A stretch of 64,000 nucleotides of DNA from a virus (Duplodnaviria > Caudoviricetes): IMG/VR virus record IMGVR_UViG_3300032167_000083, positions 1 through 64,000 of that record; one strand, given 5' to 3'. The notes beneath the pieces were generated by a model. That model saw nothing but the letters and a program-made list of their open reading frames with translations. It ran no database searches and was not told the origin of the DNA. Both the position numbers and the translations under genes were made by a program. This document shows, in pieces, positions 1 through 11,034 of the stretch. Each line of letters starts with the position of its first letter. Position 1 is the stretch's first letter.

Positions 1-2
1 AG

Positions 3-383
3 CTATATTACTATGCATATAAAAAGAAACCTATTTGTTCAATTAATGAAAAAGAAGCTTTCTTTGATTTTAAACCTGATGAAAATGGGTGTAGATACCT
101 TGATATAAATGTATATCATGAGTTTTATTTTCTTGAAGATTGTTATCCTGAAGATGAAACAAAAACTTTAATTGAACCTATAAGTGTTTTAAAAAATGGT
201 TCTTTTTTTCCTTATAAAATTAGAGATTTTCTTGAAAGTATGCAAGAGGCAGGAATAAATTTAAATATTACATTACCAAAACAAGGTAGTAGACGATATT
301 GTAAAATAAAGGTGAGAAGATTAGATATGAAAAAAATTATAGATTTCTTTGAAGAAAATGATATTTATTTTGAAGAATGTTGA
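3..383 (+). CDS. hypothetical protein, 5'-truncated by window edge
   Basis: Open frame from base 3 (LYYYAYKKKP...) to TGA at 381-383. Confidence 0.6.
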   Translation, partial: LYYYAYKKKPICSINEKEAFFDFKPDENGCRYLDINVYHEFYFLEDCYPEDETKTLIEPISVLKNGSFFPYKIRDFLESMQEAGINLNITLPKQGSRRYCKIKVRRLDMKKIIDFFEENDIYFEEC

Positions 384-637
384 ATAAAGAAGTGGTTAAG
401 GCTTTTGATAGTACTATTTAAAATTTGAGAAAATGTAAGAAAATATAAAGGTTTTGAGATTGGTATTTTAGAATTAGGAATTTAAAAGTGATTTGAAGAT
501 GTTTTGGAGAGAGAAAAAGATAAGGAATTATAAGGGTTTTATTTTTAGACTTGGAATTTTTCCACACCCCTCTCTCCACACCAAAATCACCCAAACACCA
601 TAAAAAATAAGCAAAAACTCAAAATTCTCCAAAAAAG

Positions 638-700
638 TTATCCACACACTTATCCACACCATATAGTCACTTATCCACATTATTCACTAAGTTATCCACA
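638..700 (+). promoter_or_regulatory. cluster of DnaA boxes
   Basis: Four perfect TTATCCACA at 638, 650, 671 and 692, plus degenerate TTATTCACT at 680, all same orientation. Confidence 0.8.
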
Positions 701-720
701 CATAGAAAGGAAAATAAATA

Positions 721-1053
721 ATGAATAATAAATCATATGAGATAAAACATATAAACACAGGAAAGAAATTAACAGAGAGAAGCAGAGGACCATACCAAGA
801 TTATGCAGATTGTATAGATGATGATTGATGAGCAAGATTCTTGCGAATCTTACATTATAGTATATATGATGGAGATAGTCTAATATATGATGAGTTAGAC
901 ATATTTACAAAGAAAGAGAAAGAAGAATACATATTAGAGGAGAAGATATATGAAGAGTTTTCTGCTCAATTATATGGAGTGGGATATGAGTTTAGGGAAT
1001 GGTACAAGACATATAGTGAAATATATGATGTAAGTTTTAAATATGAAAAATAA
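721..1053 (+). pseudogene. interrupted ORF (in-frame TGA TGA at 826-831)
   Basis: RBS (AGAAAGGA) + ATG at 721 is in frame with track ORF 841..1053, separated only by two TGA codons. Confidence 0.4.
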
Positions 1054-1094
1054 AAATTTTCATTTTTATATGAAGAATAAATTTATTTTAGATG

Positions 1095-1123
1095 TTGACA
1101 TTTTGGGAAAAATATGATATAAT
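1095..1123 (+). promoter_or_regulatory. sigmaA promoter
   Basis: TTGACA-N17-TATAAT with extended TG. Confidence 0.8.
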
Positions 1124-1157
1124 GTATATATAAAATAGAACAAAGGAGAAATAAGAG

Positions 1158-1991
1158 ATGAGTAATAAAAGAATCCCACAGATACATGAAGATGCAATAG
1201 AAATCTACATAGATAAGTTTAACCTTTATGATAAGATTTATAAATACATTGGAAAAGATAAAGATGGTTTATTTTTATATGATTATATTCCTAATTATAA
1301 TAAAGAAAGAAATGTATTTAACATATTAAATGAAAAATATACTTCATATATAAGTAATTCAGAATATAATACAAATGTAGAGGAAGATATATTAGAATTA
1401 TTTAAAGATGGGGAGATAATAATAATATCAGAAGGGATTAAGAAGATAGAAACTCTTATTGATTCGTCTGTAGATAAATTATTTAAATTATTAAGTGAAG
1501 TTCAGGGTGTTGAAATTAAACCATATGATAGATTTGATATAAAAGATAATTGTATCACATATGGACCATATTATTTAGACAAAAATTTTAAAAGATATGA
1601 TGCTACATCCAACAGTGCTACCAATAATGAAATCATCTTAAAAGGAATATTAACAGGAGAAATGAAGATATTAAAGTGCAAGAAAACTGTAGTGTTGACA
1701 GAAGATGATATAATATGTTTAAAGTATTATTTAAAGAATGAATACAGATATATAGCAAATAATAAATATATTGATTTTGAAGAAGTTCATAAATTAAAAG
1801 GTTTTAAAAATGAGCCAAAGACCGAAAAAAGACCTGATAATCGTTGGGTTTATAATGATTATGATGAGGAAAGTAATCATTATCATATATGGTTAGATAT
1901 AAAAGACAAGTTAAGTTTTGAACATTATGATTATCCTGAAATTTGGGATATAGAGGAACTATTAGAACAAGAAAGGGTAAACAATGATTAA
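1158..1991 (+). CDS. hypothetical phage protein
   Basis: 277-aa ORF with AAGGAG RBS; C-terminus (YRYIA...GFKNEP...PEIWDIEELL) resembles 3211..3681. Confidence 0.75.
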   Translation: MSNKRIPQIHEDAIEIYIDKFNLYDKIYKYIGKDKDGLFLYDYIPNYNKERNVFNILNEKYTSYISNSEYNTNVEEDILELFKDGEIIIISEGIKKIETLIDSSVDKLFKLLSEVQGVEIKPYDRFDIKDNCITYGPYYLDKNFKRYDATSNSATNNEIILKGILTGEMKILKCKKTVVLTEDDIICLKYYLKNEYRYIANNKYIDFEEVHKLKGFKNEPKTEKRPDNRWVYNDYDEESNHYHIWLDIKDKLSFEHYDYPEIWDIEELLEQERVNND

Positions 1992-2145
1992 ACAAAAGAA
2001 ATGTGAATATTGTGAAAATGGACTTTGTGTATATTTTAGATCAGAGGAACAACAATATGATGATGAGCAAGATGGACTACCTACAGACTGGTGTGATGGT
2101 TCAGAAGAATATATGAAAGAGTGTGGAATGTTAGATGAAGACTAA
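1984..2145 (+). CDS. small Cys-rich protein (53 aa)
   Basis: MIKQKKCEYCENGLC...; overlaps upstream stop and downstream start. Confidence 0.55.
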   Translation: MIKQKKCEYCENGLCVYFRSEEQQYDDEQDGLPTDWCDGSEEYMKECGMLDED

Positions 2146-2335
2146 GACAATAAAAATACCTGATCAGGAATTAATATATTATATTGTAGATAATCATAGT
2201 AAATATGCCATGGTTACAGATAAACCAATTGAATTTTTAGCATTATATGAAATAGAAGATTTAGAAAAATATGGTTATTATTTAACTGAAGAAGAAGCTG
2301 AAAAACATATTCGTTATTCATATGAGTGTAAATAA
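2135..2335 (+). CDS. hypothetical protein
   Basis: 66-aa ORF in operon. Confidence 0.6.
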   Translation: MKTKTIKIPDQELIYYIVDNHSKYAMVTDKPIEFLALYEIEDLEKYGYYLTEEEAEKHIRYSYECK

Positions 2336-2363
2336 AATTAAATAAAAAATAAGGAGAGATATT

Positions 2364-3218
2364 ATGATAACCCATTTGAACTACATAGAAGATAAAGAAT
2401 TAAGAGATTATATTTATGATGAATTAAATAGAGTATGTAATAAAGGATATAATTATGTGGCTGTAGATGATGAGTTTTGGAGTGTAAATCAAAGTAAAAT
2501 ATATGGTTATACTGATCTGCCTATTAAAGAAAAAAAATTTTGGAGTGGTGATACTTCAATGAATCAAATTTTTTATGATAGTAGATATCTAACATCATCT
2601 CCATCTGTATATAATATATTTAATAATACAGAAAGAATATATGATATTAAAGAAATTCTTAAACATTGGGAAGAAGATCAAAAAGAAAACATCTCTTACA
2701 AACAATCAGAAGATATGTTAAACAAGATTTTGAATAACTTTGGATTAAAAATCAATAGTGTATTTCAACATAAAAATAATAAGAAATTCTTTAGAATAAA
2801 TAGACATGCAGATATTGAAGAATACATTAATAATGGTTGGAGAGTTACTGATCTATATGAATTCATTGATATAATTGATGATATGTATGATGAGGATTGT
2901 CCTGTATTTAAATTTAATGTTGAAAAACAATTTGAAGAGTTTAAAAATAAAGAAAAGTATGAAAAAACATTATCTGATGAAACTGAAAAAATTATAAAAA
3001 GTATTATCGAAATCAATTATGTTTTTATAAAAATTCATCCTCATGAAAATAAGATCAGTATTCATAAAGATACAAACCACAAAACATTATTTATTTATGA
3101 TATAGATAAAATAACTATTGAATGGTTTTTAAATTTTATTAAGAATAATACAACAGGAAATAAAATATTATATATAAGTAGATTAAAAACTTTTTGGGAG
3201 GAGTATAATCATGAGTAA
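2364..3218 (+). CDS. hypothetical phage protein
   Basis: 284-aa ORF, AAGGAG RBS; YNYVAVD...IYGY segment shared with neighbours. Confidence 0.75.
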   Translation: MITHLNYIEDKELRDYIYDELNRVCNKGYNYVAVDDEFWSVNQSKIYGYTDLPIKEKKFWSGDTSMNQIFYDSRYLTSSPSVYNIFNNTERIYDIKEILKHWEEDQKENISYKQSEDMLNKILNNFGLKINSVFQHKNNKKFFRINRHADIEEYINNGWRVTDLYEFIDIIDDMYDEDCPVFKFNVEKQFEEFKNKEKYEKTLSDETEKIIKSIIEINYVFIKIHPHENKISIHKDTNHKTLFIYDIDKITIEWFLNFIKNNTTGNKILYISRLKTFWEEYNHE

Positions 3219-3681
3219 TAGTTACAAAAATCATAGTGAAGAAATATTCAGTATGTTGGAAATTAAGCCAATTGAAAAATTTAGAATCAAAACTTTAAGA
3301 GAATACGAACAGAAAGAATATGATGGAATATTTTACTTATCAAGTGATTTAGTTGCTTATTATAATAATGGTATAGATTGTATAGATTATACTGATTATA
3401 CTGTATTGCCAAAACTTTTATCAGGTTCTTTTAAAATTATTAAAGGATTATCGACAAAGAATATCAAACCAACACCAGAAGAACAAACTGTAATAGATTA
3501 TTGTAAATTATGTGGTTATAAATATATTGCAAGAGATCTTGATGGTGAAATTTGGGCATATGAATGTAAACCAGAGAAATATTCAACAAAATGGAATATA
3601 TATGAGGGTAAAAATCTAGAAATAAAATATAATTTATCATTTCTCTCATGGGATGATGAAGAACCTTGGGTAATTGAATAG
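3211..3681 (+). CDS. hypothetical phage protein
   Basis: GYKYIARDLDGEIWAYECKP...LSWDDEEPW module common in Firmicute phages. Confidence 0.75.
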   Translation: MSNSYKNHSEEIFSMLEIKPIEKFRIKTLREYEQKEYDGIFYLSSDLVAYYNNGIDCIDYTDYTVLPKLLSGSFKIIKGLSTKNIKPTPEEQTVIDYCKLCGYKYIARDLDGEIWAYECKPEKYSTKWNIYEGKNLEIKYNLSFLSWDDEEPWVIE

Positions 3682-3721
3682 TGAATAATCTCGTATTACG
3701 AGCTTATAATAGAGGTGTAAT

Positions 3722-4297
3722 ATGAATAGATTAATTAATCTAATTATAAATAAAAGAATAAATAAAAATATAAATAAATTCACAATTGCTAAATTCGTAA
3801 ATGATTATAAAAAACAATTTATTTCTGGAGAACTTGATTTTAATTGTTTACATAACTTGCATATTATAATGTGGTCACGTATAGTACAATACTATGAGGA
3901 TTATATCTTTGGTCCAGTACGAATAAATAAAGTAAAACAAAAAATATTAAACAAAATGATGAAAGATATTAAAAAACAAACATCTTCTTTGCACTGTTGT
4001 GATAGATTTGAATTTATTAGTAATCTTAAATCTTTGTTCAGAACACTTAAAAAATATAATTTTAATTGTTTTGCTTGTTATTATTCTTGTAATTGTTATT
4101 CTGATCATTATCATGATTATAAAACATATAATGCTTGTGAATGTTGTCCTGTTCTTAGATGGAGAATTGGAAATTGTACTGAATATGCTAAATTATATCA
4201 AATTTCTAAATTGGCTGATGGTGGATATTTTAAATTACATAAAGTAGATATAATTAATTTATCTAAAGAAATTAGAGATTTACAATGGAGAAAATAA
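3722..4297 (+). CDS. Cys-rich hypothetical protein
   Basis: 191 aa; CFAC...CECCP motifs. Confidence 0.7.
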   Translation: MNRLINLIINKRINKNINKFTIAKFVNDYKKQFISGELDFNCLHNLHIIMWSRIVQYYEDYIFGPVRINKVKQKILNKMMKDIKKQTSSLHCCDRFEFISNLKSLFRTLKKYNFNCFACYYSCNCYSDHYHDYKTYNACECCPVLRWRIGNCTEYAKLYQISKLADGGYFKLHKVDIINLSKEIRDLQWRK

Positions 4298-4298
4298 T

Positions 4299-5042
4299 AT
4301 GAAACAAAAAGAAAAACAAGGAATGAACAATTACATAGGACAATATAGAGTGAGAACCCCTATTGGTCATAATGGAGAATTTACAGATAATTTTGATGAT
4401 ACATATATTAAAGGTAGAAAAGGTATTGAATTATATAGGTATTCTGATACATTATTAGCAATTTATATTCCGAATAAAACTATTACTCGTAATGTATATA
4501 ATCAATTAAAACAATATTTTACTTCTGAAACTATAGAACAATTAGAAGCAGATATTAGTAACAATAATATGGGCAATGAGTACATATTATACTTTGAAGA
4601 AAAATATTTCCAGGACCCTACAACAAATAGATTATTTAAAGAAACATTAAATCTTGAAACTCAGGGATCAAAAATCCCCCCTCGTAGTATAAAAAATCTC
4701 CCCAGAGATAAACAAAAATATATTCCTCAAAATGAAGATGATTATATTAATTTAAAAGATTCTATAAGTTCTATAGTTTCAGGTTTTGTATTTGATCATC
4801 AAATCAAACATAATCCAAAGTATTATATAAAAATTTATCAATACATAATGCAAGAATTAAATATAAAAAATGTTAGTCCTGCAAAAACTTTAATCTATTT
4901 AGATGAAAATAAATTGCTTGAAAATGCTATAAAAATAGTAGATAAATTAAGTGAAAATACTACAGAAATTAATAAAATATTATCAGAAAATTCAGAAAAT
5001 AAAGTTGTTGATTTTAGTGATGTGATTACTGGAGAGAGTTAA
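4299..5042 (+). CDS. hypothetical protein
   Basis: 247-aa ORF followed by terminator. Confidence 0.75.
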   Translation: MKQKEKQGMNNYIGQYRVRTPIGHNGEFTDNFDDTYIKGRKGIELYRYSDTLLAIYIPNKTITRNVYNQLKQYFTSETIEQLEADISNNNMGNEYILYFEEKYFQDPTTNRLFKETLNLETQGSKIPPRSIKNLPRDKQKYIPQNEDDYINLKDSISSIVSGFVFDHQIKHNPKYYIKIYQYIMQELNIKNVSPAKTLIYLDENKLLENAIKIVDKLSENTTEINKILSENSENKVVDFSDVITGES

Positions 5043-5057
5043 TACTCTCTCTTTTTT
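5032..5057 (+). terminator. intrinsic terminator
   Basis: GAGAGAGT-TAAT-ACTCTCTC followed by T-run. Confidence 0.8.
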
Positions 5058-5478
5058 ATTATGTGCAATTAATGAAAATAAAAAATTTTCATTTTTTATA
5101 TTGTTAGAATTTTTTATTCTTAGAGTCTTTTGAATAATATGAGGCTAAAATCGATTTTTATATGTTGGGGTATGAAAGTATATTATCGAGGTATTATTTT
5201 TGATTTTAGGTGGCATTTTGTTTAAAATTCTATATAGAATATTTTTTATTTTTTAGAGAGGACAGGGTAATCAGGAAAAAATCGCCATAAGAATGGGGTT
5301 AAGAGTAAAAGATTGGGCTGCCCTGATAATAAAAAAAGGGGGTCGCCCTTAATAAAAAAATCCCCCACTCTAAGAAAAAATATAAGGGCATGGGGATAAA
5401 AAATAGGGATTGTGTTAATTAAATCCCCTTACCTGTTATTTAACTCAAATTAGCATCACCTCCTTTCAAGATTAAACA

Positions 5479-5541
5479 TTAAAAACTACCTAATTTTACA
5501 AGTAGAACTAAGAATAAAACAAAGAATATAGAACCCATCAT
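5479..5541 (-). CDS. hydrophobic micropeptide MMGSIFFVLFLVLLVKLGSF
   Basis: RBS AAAGAGGT + ATG, 20 codons. Confidence 0.55.
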   Translation of the reverse strand: MMGSIFFVLFLVLLVKLGSF

Positions 5542-5578
5542 AAACACCTCTTTCTTAAATATTTTTCATTGATTTTTA

Positions 5579-5623
5579 TTAATCAATAAACAGAAATAAA
5601 AAGAATGCAATTAAAATCCACAT
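5579..5623 (-). CDS. hydrophobic micropeptide MWILIAFFLFLFID
   Basis: RBS AAAGGAG + ATG, 14 codons. Confidence 0.55.
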   Translation of the reverse strand: MWILIAFFLFLFID

Positions 5624-5659
5624 AGTATATTTCTCCTTTCTTTTGTTACAACTTGAATT

Positions 5660-5722
5660 TTATTTTCTCATTTCTTGAAAAATACAAACAAGAGCAATAA
5701 TACACATAAACATCCAAAACAT
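5660..5722 (-). CDS. hydrophobic micropeptide MFWMFMCIIALVCIFQEMRK
   Basis: RBS AAAGGAGTG + ATG, 20 codons. Confidence 0.6.
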   Translation of the reverse strand: MFWMFMCIIALVCIFQEMRK

Positions 5723-5739
5723 TTTATTCACTCCTTTCT

Positions 5740-5775
5740 TTAAAATAATGATATTAAAATAGCAAAACCGACCAT
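5740..5775 (-). CDS. hydrophobic micropeptide MVGFAILISLF
   Basis: RBS GGAGGA + ATG right after upstream stop, 11 codons. Confidence 0.5.
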   Translation of the reverse strand: MVGFAILISLF

Positions 5776-5776
5776 T

Positions 5777-5962
5777 TTATTCCTCCTCCTCATAAATTTC
5801 CAATGGATAACCATCCCATAATTCAACGTCAATAACTTTACTTAATTCTTTATGAAAATCAGGATGTTGAATTCTAAGCCATTGGATAGCCGATATAATT
5901 GGTTCATTTCTATCACCTTTAATGGCTATTTTATTTATTGCTTCTACTTTACTTGTTTTCAT
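5777..5962 (-). CDS. hypothetical protein
   Basis: 61-aa ORF with AAGGAG RBS. Confidence 0.7.
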   Translation of the reverse strand: MKTSKVEAINKIAIKGDRNEPIISAIQWLRIQHPDFHKELSKVIDVELWDGYPLEIYEEEE

Positions 5963-5990
5963 AATTCATATCTCCTTTTCTTTTTATTTT

Positions 5991-6626
5991 TTAATTTCTA
6001 TAACCATTAGCTTTCATATCAGACAATATAATTTCTTCAGGATATGCAAATAATTGTTTACCATCTTCGAATTCTATTAGCCATTGTGGTAATTGTTCTA
6101 TAAAAATACCATCATCTTCAGTTCCTCGTCTTATTATTTTAAAAGATTTCCCACCATAGATTTCATTTTCACTAAATGGAGACCAAAAAGTATCATTAAA
6201 TCCTTCTTTTTCATAAAGTTTAAAACAATCTTCAATGAACTTTCTATGTGTTTCATCAGACATTTCATATCTTTCTTCAGGATATTTCACTTTCATATCC
6301 TCCCATTTTATAACTTCTTTCATAATATTTCTCCTTTCAATACACTTCACACACATACATTCATCTGCAAGAAGTTTTTCTAATTCATCATTTTGATTGC
6401 ATATAAAAGTGTCCAGATTATAAATATAGCCATTAGTTCTAACACATTTATCTTTTTTACCCCATCTTCCTATTTGTTTCATTCCACGAACACTACCTGT
6501 TGCTGATATATTTGAATGAATTGAATAAATAAGACCTGTTGTCCCATCATTAATCCAAGCTACACCTGTAGAGGTATCTCTATACAATTTTACATTAGGT
6601 TTTACTTCTCTAATAAATTCTTTCAT
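5991..6626 (-). CDS. hypothetical protein, apparent two-module fusion
   Basis: 211 aa; internal RBS + in-frame ATG at 6323. Confidence 0.75.
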   Translation of the reverse strand: MKEFIREVKPNVKLYRDTSTGVAWINDGTTGLIYSIHSNISATGSVRGMKQIGRWGKKDKCVRTNGYIYNLDTFICNQNDELEKLLADECMCVKCIERRNIMKEVIKWEDMKVKYPEERYEMSDETHRKFIEDCFKLYEKEGFNDTFWSPFSENEIYGGKSFKIIRRGTEDDGIFIEQLPQWLIEFEDGKQLFAYPEEIILSDMKANGYRN

Positions 6627-6641
6627 ATTTAATTCTCCTTT

Positions 6642-6770
6642 TTATTTTTTCAATTCTAATAATTCTTCGACAATATCTTGAACATCTGAAGGACTCACAG
6701 GGATATCATATTTAAGACAATCTTCATACCATTTATTTTTTAATTCATTAATTATAGTTTGTGTTTTCAT
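6642..6770 (-). CDS. 42-aa protein, paralog of N-terminus of 17432..17689
   Basis: KWYEDCLKYDIPVSPSDVQDIVEEL vs KWYEDCLYHNIPVSPSDIKDFIEEL; AGGAG RBS. Confidence 0.75.
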   Translation of the reverse strand: MKTQTIINELKNKWYEDCLKYDIPVSPSDVQDIVEELLELKK

Positions 6771-6784
6771 TTTTATTTTCCTCC

Positions 6785-8156
6785 TTAATTATTAAACCAT
6801 TTTTCATTAACATATTTTCTCATTTTCCAGATATAATCGACCATTTGTTCATCTGGAATCTGAAGTTCTGGATTAAAAATATCTTGAAGATTTCCAAGTT
6901 TTTCTGTAATCCAAACTTTTTTAGTTTCTTGGTCTCTATAAATAAAGAAACAATGAGTTTTATTTATCTTATGAATAGAATAACCATCCCCTTGAACACA
7001 ATACTCTAAGAATTTTTTAGCATCATTTTTATTTTTAATTTTAAATCCATGTTCATGTCTTATTAACATAATAATTCTCCTTTCATTTTTTAAAATTTTA
7101 TCCAAAACTTATATAAATCTTCGTCAATAACAAAATCAATCAAATCTTCTTCAGACTCGTATTCATAAGTTTTTTTTAATTCTTCTAAATCTTCAAATTC
7201 TTCAAAATATTCTTTGAATTCCAATCTTGCACACTCTTTACAAAGTTTTGCTTTATCAATTTTATAATACCCATTATCTAATTGTTCTCCACAATATTCA
7301 CATGTTTGTTCTTCTTCATCTTCTTCATCAGGATACCATAACTCCATATCACGAGCATGTAGCATACTATCATCATTATTATTGTAATACATATTTCAAC
7401 ATCCTTTCTTTTGTTTTTTTCTTATTTTATAAAGTTTACAGATACCATTATCTAATACATTATAGCAAATAATTTCATTACTTACTGTTAGTTCAAGATA
7501 ATCTTTTTTTTGTTTCATTTTAAATTTTATATCCGATATACCATATTTTTCTTGAGTTTCTTCTCTGTATACATTTAAAATTTTAGAATCAAAAAATATA
7601 GGCAAAGAAGCATATTTATTCATTAGTATCACCTCTCTTGTTTTATCCACAATTACCAAAGTATTCTTGATATTCCTCACTCCATTCAAAAGCAACATAA
7701 TCATCAGTATAAAGCTTCATAGCTTGATTAATAGTAGCAATAGTGTGAGAGGACATGATGTCTAAACCATGTCCAAATTCTTTTTCAGCTTCATCATGCA
7801 ATTCCTGAAATATTTCTTGTTCTGTTTCTGGATAGATTATTAAATGCATTTCATCATCATCTATCATTGTAACAAGTTTAAAGACAATAGGATATCCATT
7901 ATCTACCCATTGTCCTTGAGATATTGCAAGGACTTCATTTACTTTTTTCCAATCTACTTTTTTCATTTTATTACTCCTCCTCTGTTAATGATGAAATAGT
8001 ACCATTATCGTTCCATTTGTACCCCATACCATGTAAGACATCTTCGATAAACCATTCTTCCTGAATACCATCTTGAACTTCTGCAAGCAGAGCATTACCG
8101 CAATAAATTTCCAATGTGCCATCATTTCTTAGATTTGTGTTAATAACGTTTTTCAT
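6785..8156 (-). CDS. run of five small hypothetical genes (6785-7105, 7090-7392 Zn-finger-like, 7396-7704, 7643-7966, 7971-8156)
   Basis: Closely packed ORFs with RBSs; true starts often at the internal Met after an RBS. Confidence 0.65.
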
Positions 8157-8277
8157 ATTTTTTCTCCTTTTCTGAGAGTCTTACCACCTACTCACAGGGC
8201 TTTTATTTTTTATTTTACATTAAAAAGCATCATTAATTCAGCACAGCAATCAGCTATAAAATCATATAATATTTTTT

Positions 8278-8859
8278 TCATTTTCTTATCTCCTTTTTAA
8301 AATATTGTTTAGCAGAAGGAATAGTGATAAAACCTTTATACTTGATTGGGAAAGTATAATACCAGTTAAAGAATGTTATATAATCTTCAGTTCTCCAATT
8401 TCTTTGCCAACAATCATCTTGAGATTCTTTTTGTTGACCTGATTTATCACCTTCATACACTTTAAAGAATATTGGTTTAGGTGATATTTTATTATTTTTT
8501 GTTGCATAATATGTTATTTCTCTGATAATATCTTGAACAATATAATCAGAGTCTATAACATTAAGAACACTAGTACAGATAAACACATCAGCTTGATACA
8601 TTTTATTCAATGAATCTCTGTTATAATCTCCAGGAAGATTAAATTTATCATATGGTATTAGTGTAATATCATAAGGTTCTAAAAATCTCATAATATTTCT
8701 CACAGTTTCAATCTTACCACAACCATAATCGAATACTGTTTTACCTCTAAACTGTTCCCAATCTATTTGATTATAGATAGCAGGAAGTTTTGAAGTGTTA
8801 ATTGAAGTGTTTTTTGATGTTCTAATTTGACCTTCATAAAAGTTATTTTGTGTTTTCAT
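8278..8859 (-). CDS. class I SAM-dependent methyltransferase
   Basis: VFDYGCGK motif I, YD at end of strand 2, SVLNVI motif. Confidence 0.8.
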   Translation of the reverse strand: MKTQNNFYEGQIRTSKNTSINTSKLPAIYNQIDWEQFRGKTVFDYGCGKIETVRNIMRFLEPYDITLIPYDKFNLPGDYNRDSLNKMYQADVFICTSVLNVIDSDYIVQDIIREITYYATKNNKISPKPIFFKVYEGDKSGQQKESQDDCWQRNWRTEDYITFFNWYYTFPIKYKGFITIPSAKQYFKKEIRK

Positions 8860-8888
8860 AATTTTTTGTCTCCTTTGTTTTTTATTTT

Positions 8889-10999
8889 TTAAATTAATTC
8901 ATATAATTCAGAAAATCCATATTCTTCACACCATTCACATTTAGAATGTTCTAAATCATCTGAATCTATATAATGTTTTAGTGTTGCTTGTGTACCTTCT
9001 CTACTTTGAATAGCTGCAAGACAATGATCGCAAACCCATAGATGTTCTCTTTCTTTTACAAATCTACAAAAATTTTCTTCATTAATATGAGTGATGTAAT
9101 CATCACCCCATTCTTCTTCTTGCAAATCTGTTCCAAAGCAATGCATTCCTTTTGGATTTGTTTCTGTAATCCAATCTTTTTCATATTCAATACTATCAAC
9201 TTTCAAAATATGTTCTACATAATCATGAGAATACTCATCATATACGATTACCTCATCACCTATTTCAATATCTAAAAAATCTTTTTTCATAATTAAATTC
9301 CTCCATTTTCTTCTGCTAATTCTATTAATGCATCAATTTCATTATAAGGTAAATCAATATCTCTCCAATCATAACATATATAACCTTCTTTTTCATCATA
9401 CTTAGTTGGTGAATATTCAACTGAAGCATATCCAGATGAAACATATTCTCTTGGACATTCAATACTAATTTTAACATTTTCTGCTTCAATATCTATATTA
9501 TCAAATAAATCTTTAGGTGCTGTAAAATAGAGAGTTATAGTATCATATTCTTCTTCTATATAGCTTTCATCAAATTTAATTCTTTTATCTAACATAATTA
9601 TTTCTCCTTTATTATTCTTTTAGCTTTTATATATTCTTTTAAATTTGTAAACCAAACCCAACCTTTATTAGCTCTATCAGGCTCCATATTAGGAAACCAT
9701 TGAATATTATGTTTATTTAATTCTGTAAACTTATTTTTAGGAACTAATAATTCAGGATATCTAATTTTATTAATGAATTTCATATATATTTTCCTTTCTC
9801 ATATTGGATACACTAATATATAATAATTACCAATTACATTAACCCATTCATTTTCTAATAAATCTTTTTCTGTTTTTTCAGGATTCTCAGGTGACAAATA
9901 ATTAGCAATATTTTTCCAATCATCAGACATACATTCCCAAGAAATGCATAGATATTTCATAAGTTCTTCGACACTATTTAGATATTTCATTTTATGAATA
10001 GTATCAGACATATATTCTTCTGGAGATATACTGTTCATTTTAGCAGTCTCTTCTACATCTTCCATATTAAAATAATCCATATATCTTTGTTTAGAATCAT
10101 AGATTTTAATTCTTTCTTTTTCTTCTTGAAATCCTATTTTTTCAATATAAAATGTTCCATAATTTGTTTTAATTGTTTGTAATTCTTGCATAATCACACA
10201 CCTCTTTCTTTAAAATTCTTAATAACTTCTTCTCCTGTAATAAACATACCTGTTTTTCTATTCCAAAAGGAATTAACCCAACATTTTTGTCCTTGAGATA
10301 AAACATAATATCCACCATTACTTTGATAATATATTTTTAATTTTTTATGTTTTATAAGACGATAAGATATTAAATCTATAACATAAAAATTATAAATATA
10401 CAAATGAGTAACATTAGTATTTTGATTAATATAAGAATATTTACCATAATATTTTCCTATTGAACCAAAACACATAAGTTCATTATCTTGAATATACTGT
10501 TCCATTTCCTCCTTTGATTCAAATTTAATTTTGTTTTTGTTTGTTAGTGTTTTCATAAATTTCTCCTTTCTAAAAATATATCATAAAGAGAGGTGATCTC
10601 TCACCTCTCCTATGTACAAAGTTAAAGTAATTCATCAAACTGAATTTTCCAACACCCTTCAAAATCTTGAACAGGCTGAAACCAAACTTTATGTAATAAG
10701 TTTAAAGATTCCAAAGTATCGATTACAATACATAAATCTTCAAAACTATAAACATAACGTTCTTCGAAAGCTCTACTAATTTTTTCAGCATTACCTTTCT
10801 TTTTAAAGTGTTTAACAATTTCTTGAATTGCTTCATCTCTATAAGAATAATTTCTTTGAGATATGTATTTAGAAGCTGCTTTTTTAACAACCTCTACATT
10901 AGATTCTTGTCTTAACAATTTACCATTTTGGATAGATATTGACAAAATCTGTTCAAATTCACCATAATCCATTTCTAATTCTAAAACTTTCAATTCCAT
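8889..10999 (-). CDS. run of six small hypothetical genes (8889-9290, 9293-9595, 9598-9783, 9799-10197, 10194-10556, 10622-10999)
   Basis: Tightly packed co-oriented ORFs with RBSs. Confidence 0.65.
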
Positions 11000-11034
11000 T
11001 TTTCATTTCTCCTTTTGTTTTTATATTTTTTATT

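Noticed and set aside
826-831. In-frame TGA TGA suggesting TGA=Trp recoding
   Set aside because: Core genes use TGG for Trp and many coupled genes end in TGA; more likely a decayed gene
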